Source of the DNA: a virus
DNA: 5,255 nt
Virus record (IMG/VR): IMGVR_UViG_3300012344_000010
Location: 1 to 5,255 of that record
Reading direction: 5' to 3' (one strand)
How positions within the stretch are numbered: the first letter of the stretch is position 1; each line of letters opens with the position of its first letter. The notes under the pieces were generated by a model that had not been told where the DNA came from, did not search any database, and saw only the letters and a program-made list of their open reading frames with translations. Below are positions 4,561 to 5,255 of the stretch, piece by piece. The position numbers and the translations under genes were made by a program.

Positions 4561-5255
4561 TTAGTGATGGTCAATAAGGCCAGGAACGGAATACATAGGC
4601 ATTGGACGGGTAGCACGATTCTGAACATAGATATCTGCAAAGAGCTGATCAGAAACAGAAGACTTGACGGCAAGCACACGATCAACAGTATTCTTGTCCT
4701 CACGAATCCAACTATCGGACAGCGACGGAAGACTCGAATAATCATCCGCCAAATGCCAGACATCAAGAGACTGTTCATAAGCGGAACGCATCTCACCAGT
4801 CACACGATTAGGCTTATAACGATAGTCAGACCATGCCTCTTGATAGCCAAAAACCTCATTATCCTTTGCGGTACCCTGCGCAAAAATTTCCTTATTAAGC
4901 ACAGCCTGTTCGCCAATATTGGCGAAGACCGGCCAATAATAATCAAAGCGCGTCTTACGAGACCAATGGCGCTCAATACCCTGCTGGTAGGTATGATCAT
5001 AACGAGCAACCATAACACCAATGATGTAACCATGCTCGGTGAAAGACTTCATAAAGTCGTGGTTACAGTCCGTAGTCTGAGACATACCAACAACAGTACC
5101 TTGCGGAGTATCGGCACCGGCGCCGGTGCCAGACTGCTGAATGACCTGATTTACATTGATCGGAACACGATTACCGCCAAGATACTCGGGACGCTGCAAA
5201 CGAGCATCCGGAGACGTCACGCCGAAGTGAGACTTAAGCACCTCAATATAACGAG
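4561..5255 (-). CDS. VP1: Major capsid protein VP1, C-terminal part. The non-redundant portion is 4561-5178; 5179-5255 duplicates 1-77. The whole gene is 1686 nt (561 aa).
   Basis: The track ORF 4561..5241 reads (M)LKSHFGVTSPDARLQRPEYLGGNRVPINVNQV..., which continues ...RYIEV from 1-77 without a break. Its apparent GTG start is an artefact of the window edge. The TAA stop is at 4563-4561. Confidence 0.95.
   Translation of the reverse strand, partial: RYIEVLKSHFGVTSPDARLQRPEYLGGNRVPINVNQVIQQSGTGAGADTPQGTVVGMSQTTDCNHDFMKSFTEHGYIIGVMVARYDHTYQQGIERHWSRKTRFDYYWPVFANIGEQAVLNKEIFAQGTAKDNEVFGYQEAWSDYRYKPNRVTGEMRSAYEQSLDVWHLADDYSSLPSLSDSWIREDKNTVDRVLAVKSSVSDQLFADIYVQNRATRPMPMYSVPGLIDHH
5179..5255. 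repeat. Copy B of the 77-nt direct terminal redundancy. The true unit length is 5178 nt.
   Basis: Base-for-base identical to 1-77. The coordinate offset of 5178 keeps the capsid frame intact: codon 5239-5241 corresponds to codon 61-63, in phase with the ATG at 1068. Confidence 0.97.

Noticed and set aside
5239-5241. GTG start of track ORF 4561..5241
   Set aside because: This is an artefact of the window end. The frame is open to 5255 and continues in the identical copy at 1-77 up to the ATG at 1068.
1-5255. The terminal repeats as IS/transposon ends or LTRs; also CRISPR arrays, tRNA or rRNA genes, integrase
   Set aside because: The repeats are direct rather than inverted, and they lie inside a reading frame that continues through the junction, so they mark a circular genome. 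No repeat-spacer periodicity, cloverleaf-capable segment or recombinase-like ORF was seen.

Overview
The window is one complete circular ssDNA phage genome of the family Microviridae, with Gokushovirinae-type gene content, shown as the complement of the coding strand. Bases 1-77 are identical to 5179-5255, so the real unit is 5178 nt and the window overruns the circle by 77 nt. All credible genes lie on the minus strand and are tightly packed. In transcription order (descending coordinates) they are: a sigma70-like promoter (3226-3199), the replication initiator VP4 (3200/3131-2166), a 37-aa very basic J/VP8-like DNA-binding peptide (2163-2050), an 87-aa conserved small protein that is possibly VP5-like (2053-1790), two tiny coupled ORFs of 45 aa and 43 aa (1797-1660, 1670-1539), the internal scaffolding protein VP3 (1546-1058), the major capsid protein VP1 (1068-1, continuing across the junction as 5178-4561; 561 aa), a hairpin plus T-tract (4550-4521), the pilot/minor capsid protein VP2 (4506-3598), a coupled 36-aa transmembrane mini-ORF (3601-3491) and an intrinsic terminator (3467-3422). 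A noncoding region of about 290 nt (3201-3490) holds a perfect 15-bp-stem hairpin. The supplied ORF track misses the N-terminal 356 codons of the capsid gene because that ORF runs off the left edge, and it misses every gene under 60 aa. The points most worth follow-up are a 7 x 33-nt (11-residue) tandem repeat inside VP2, the 36-aa membrane peptide as a lysis candidate in a subfamily with no defined lysis gene, the Rep ATG sitting inside the -10 box of its own promoter, the chain of unannotated micro-ORFs, and the noncoding hairpin as an origin or priming candidate. Family assignments come from my recognition of conserved motifs. No database search was run.
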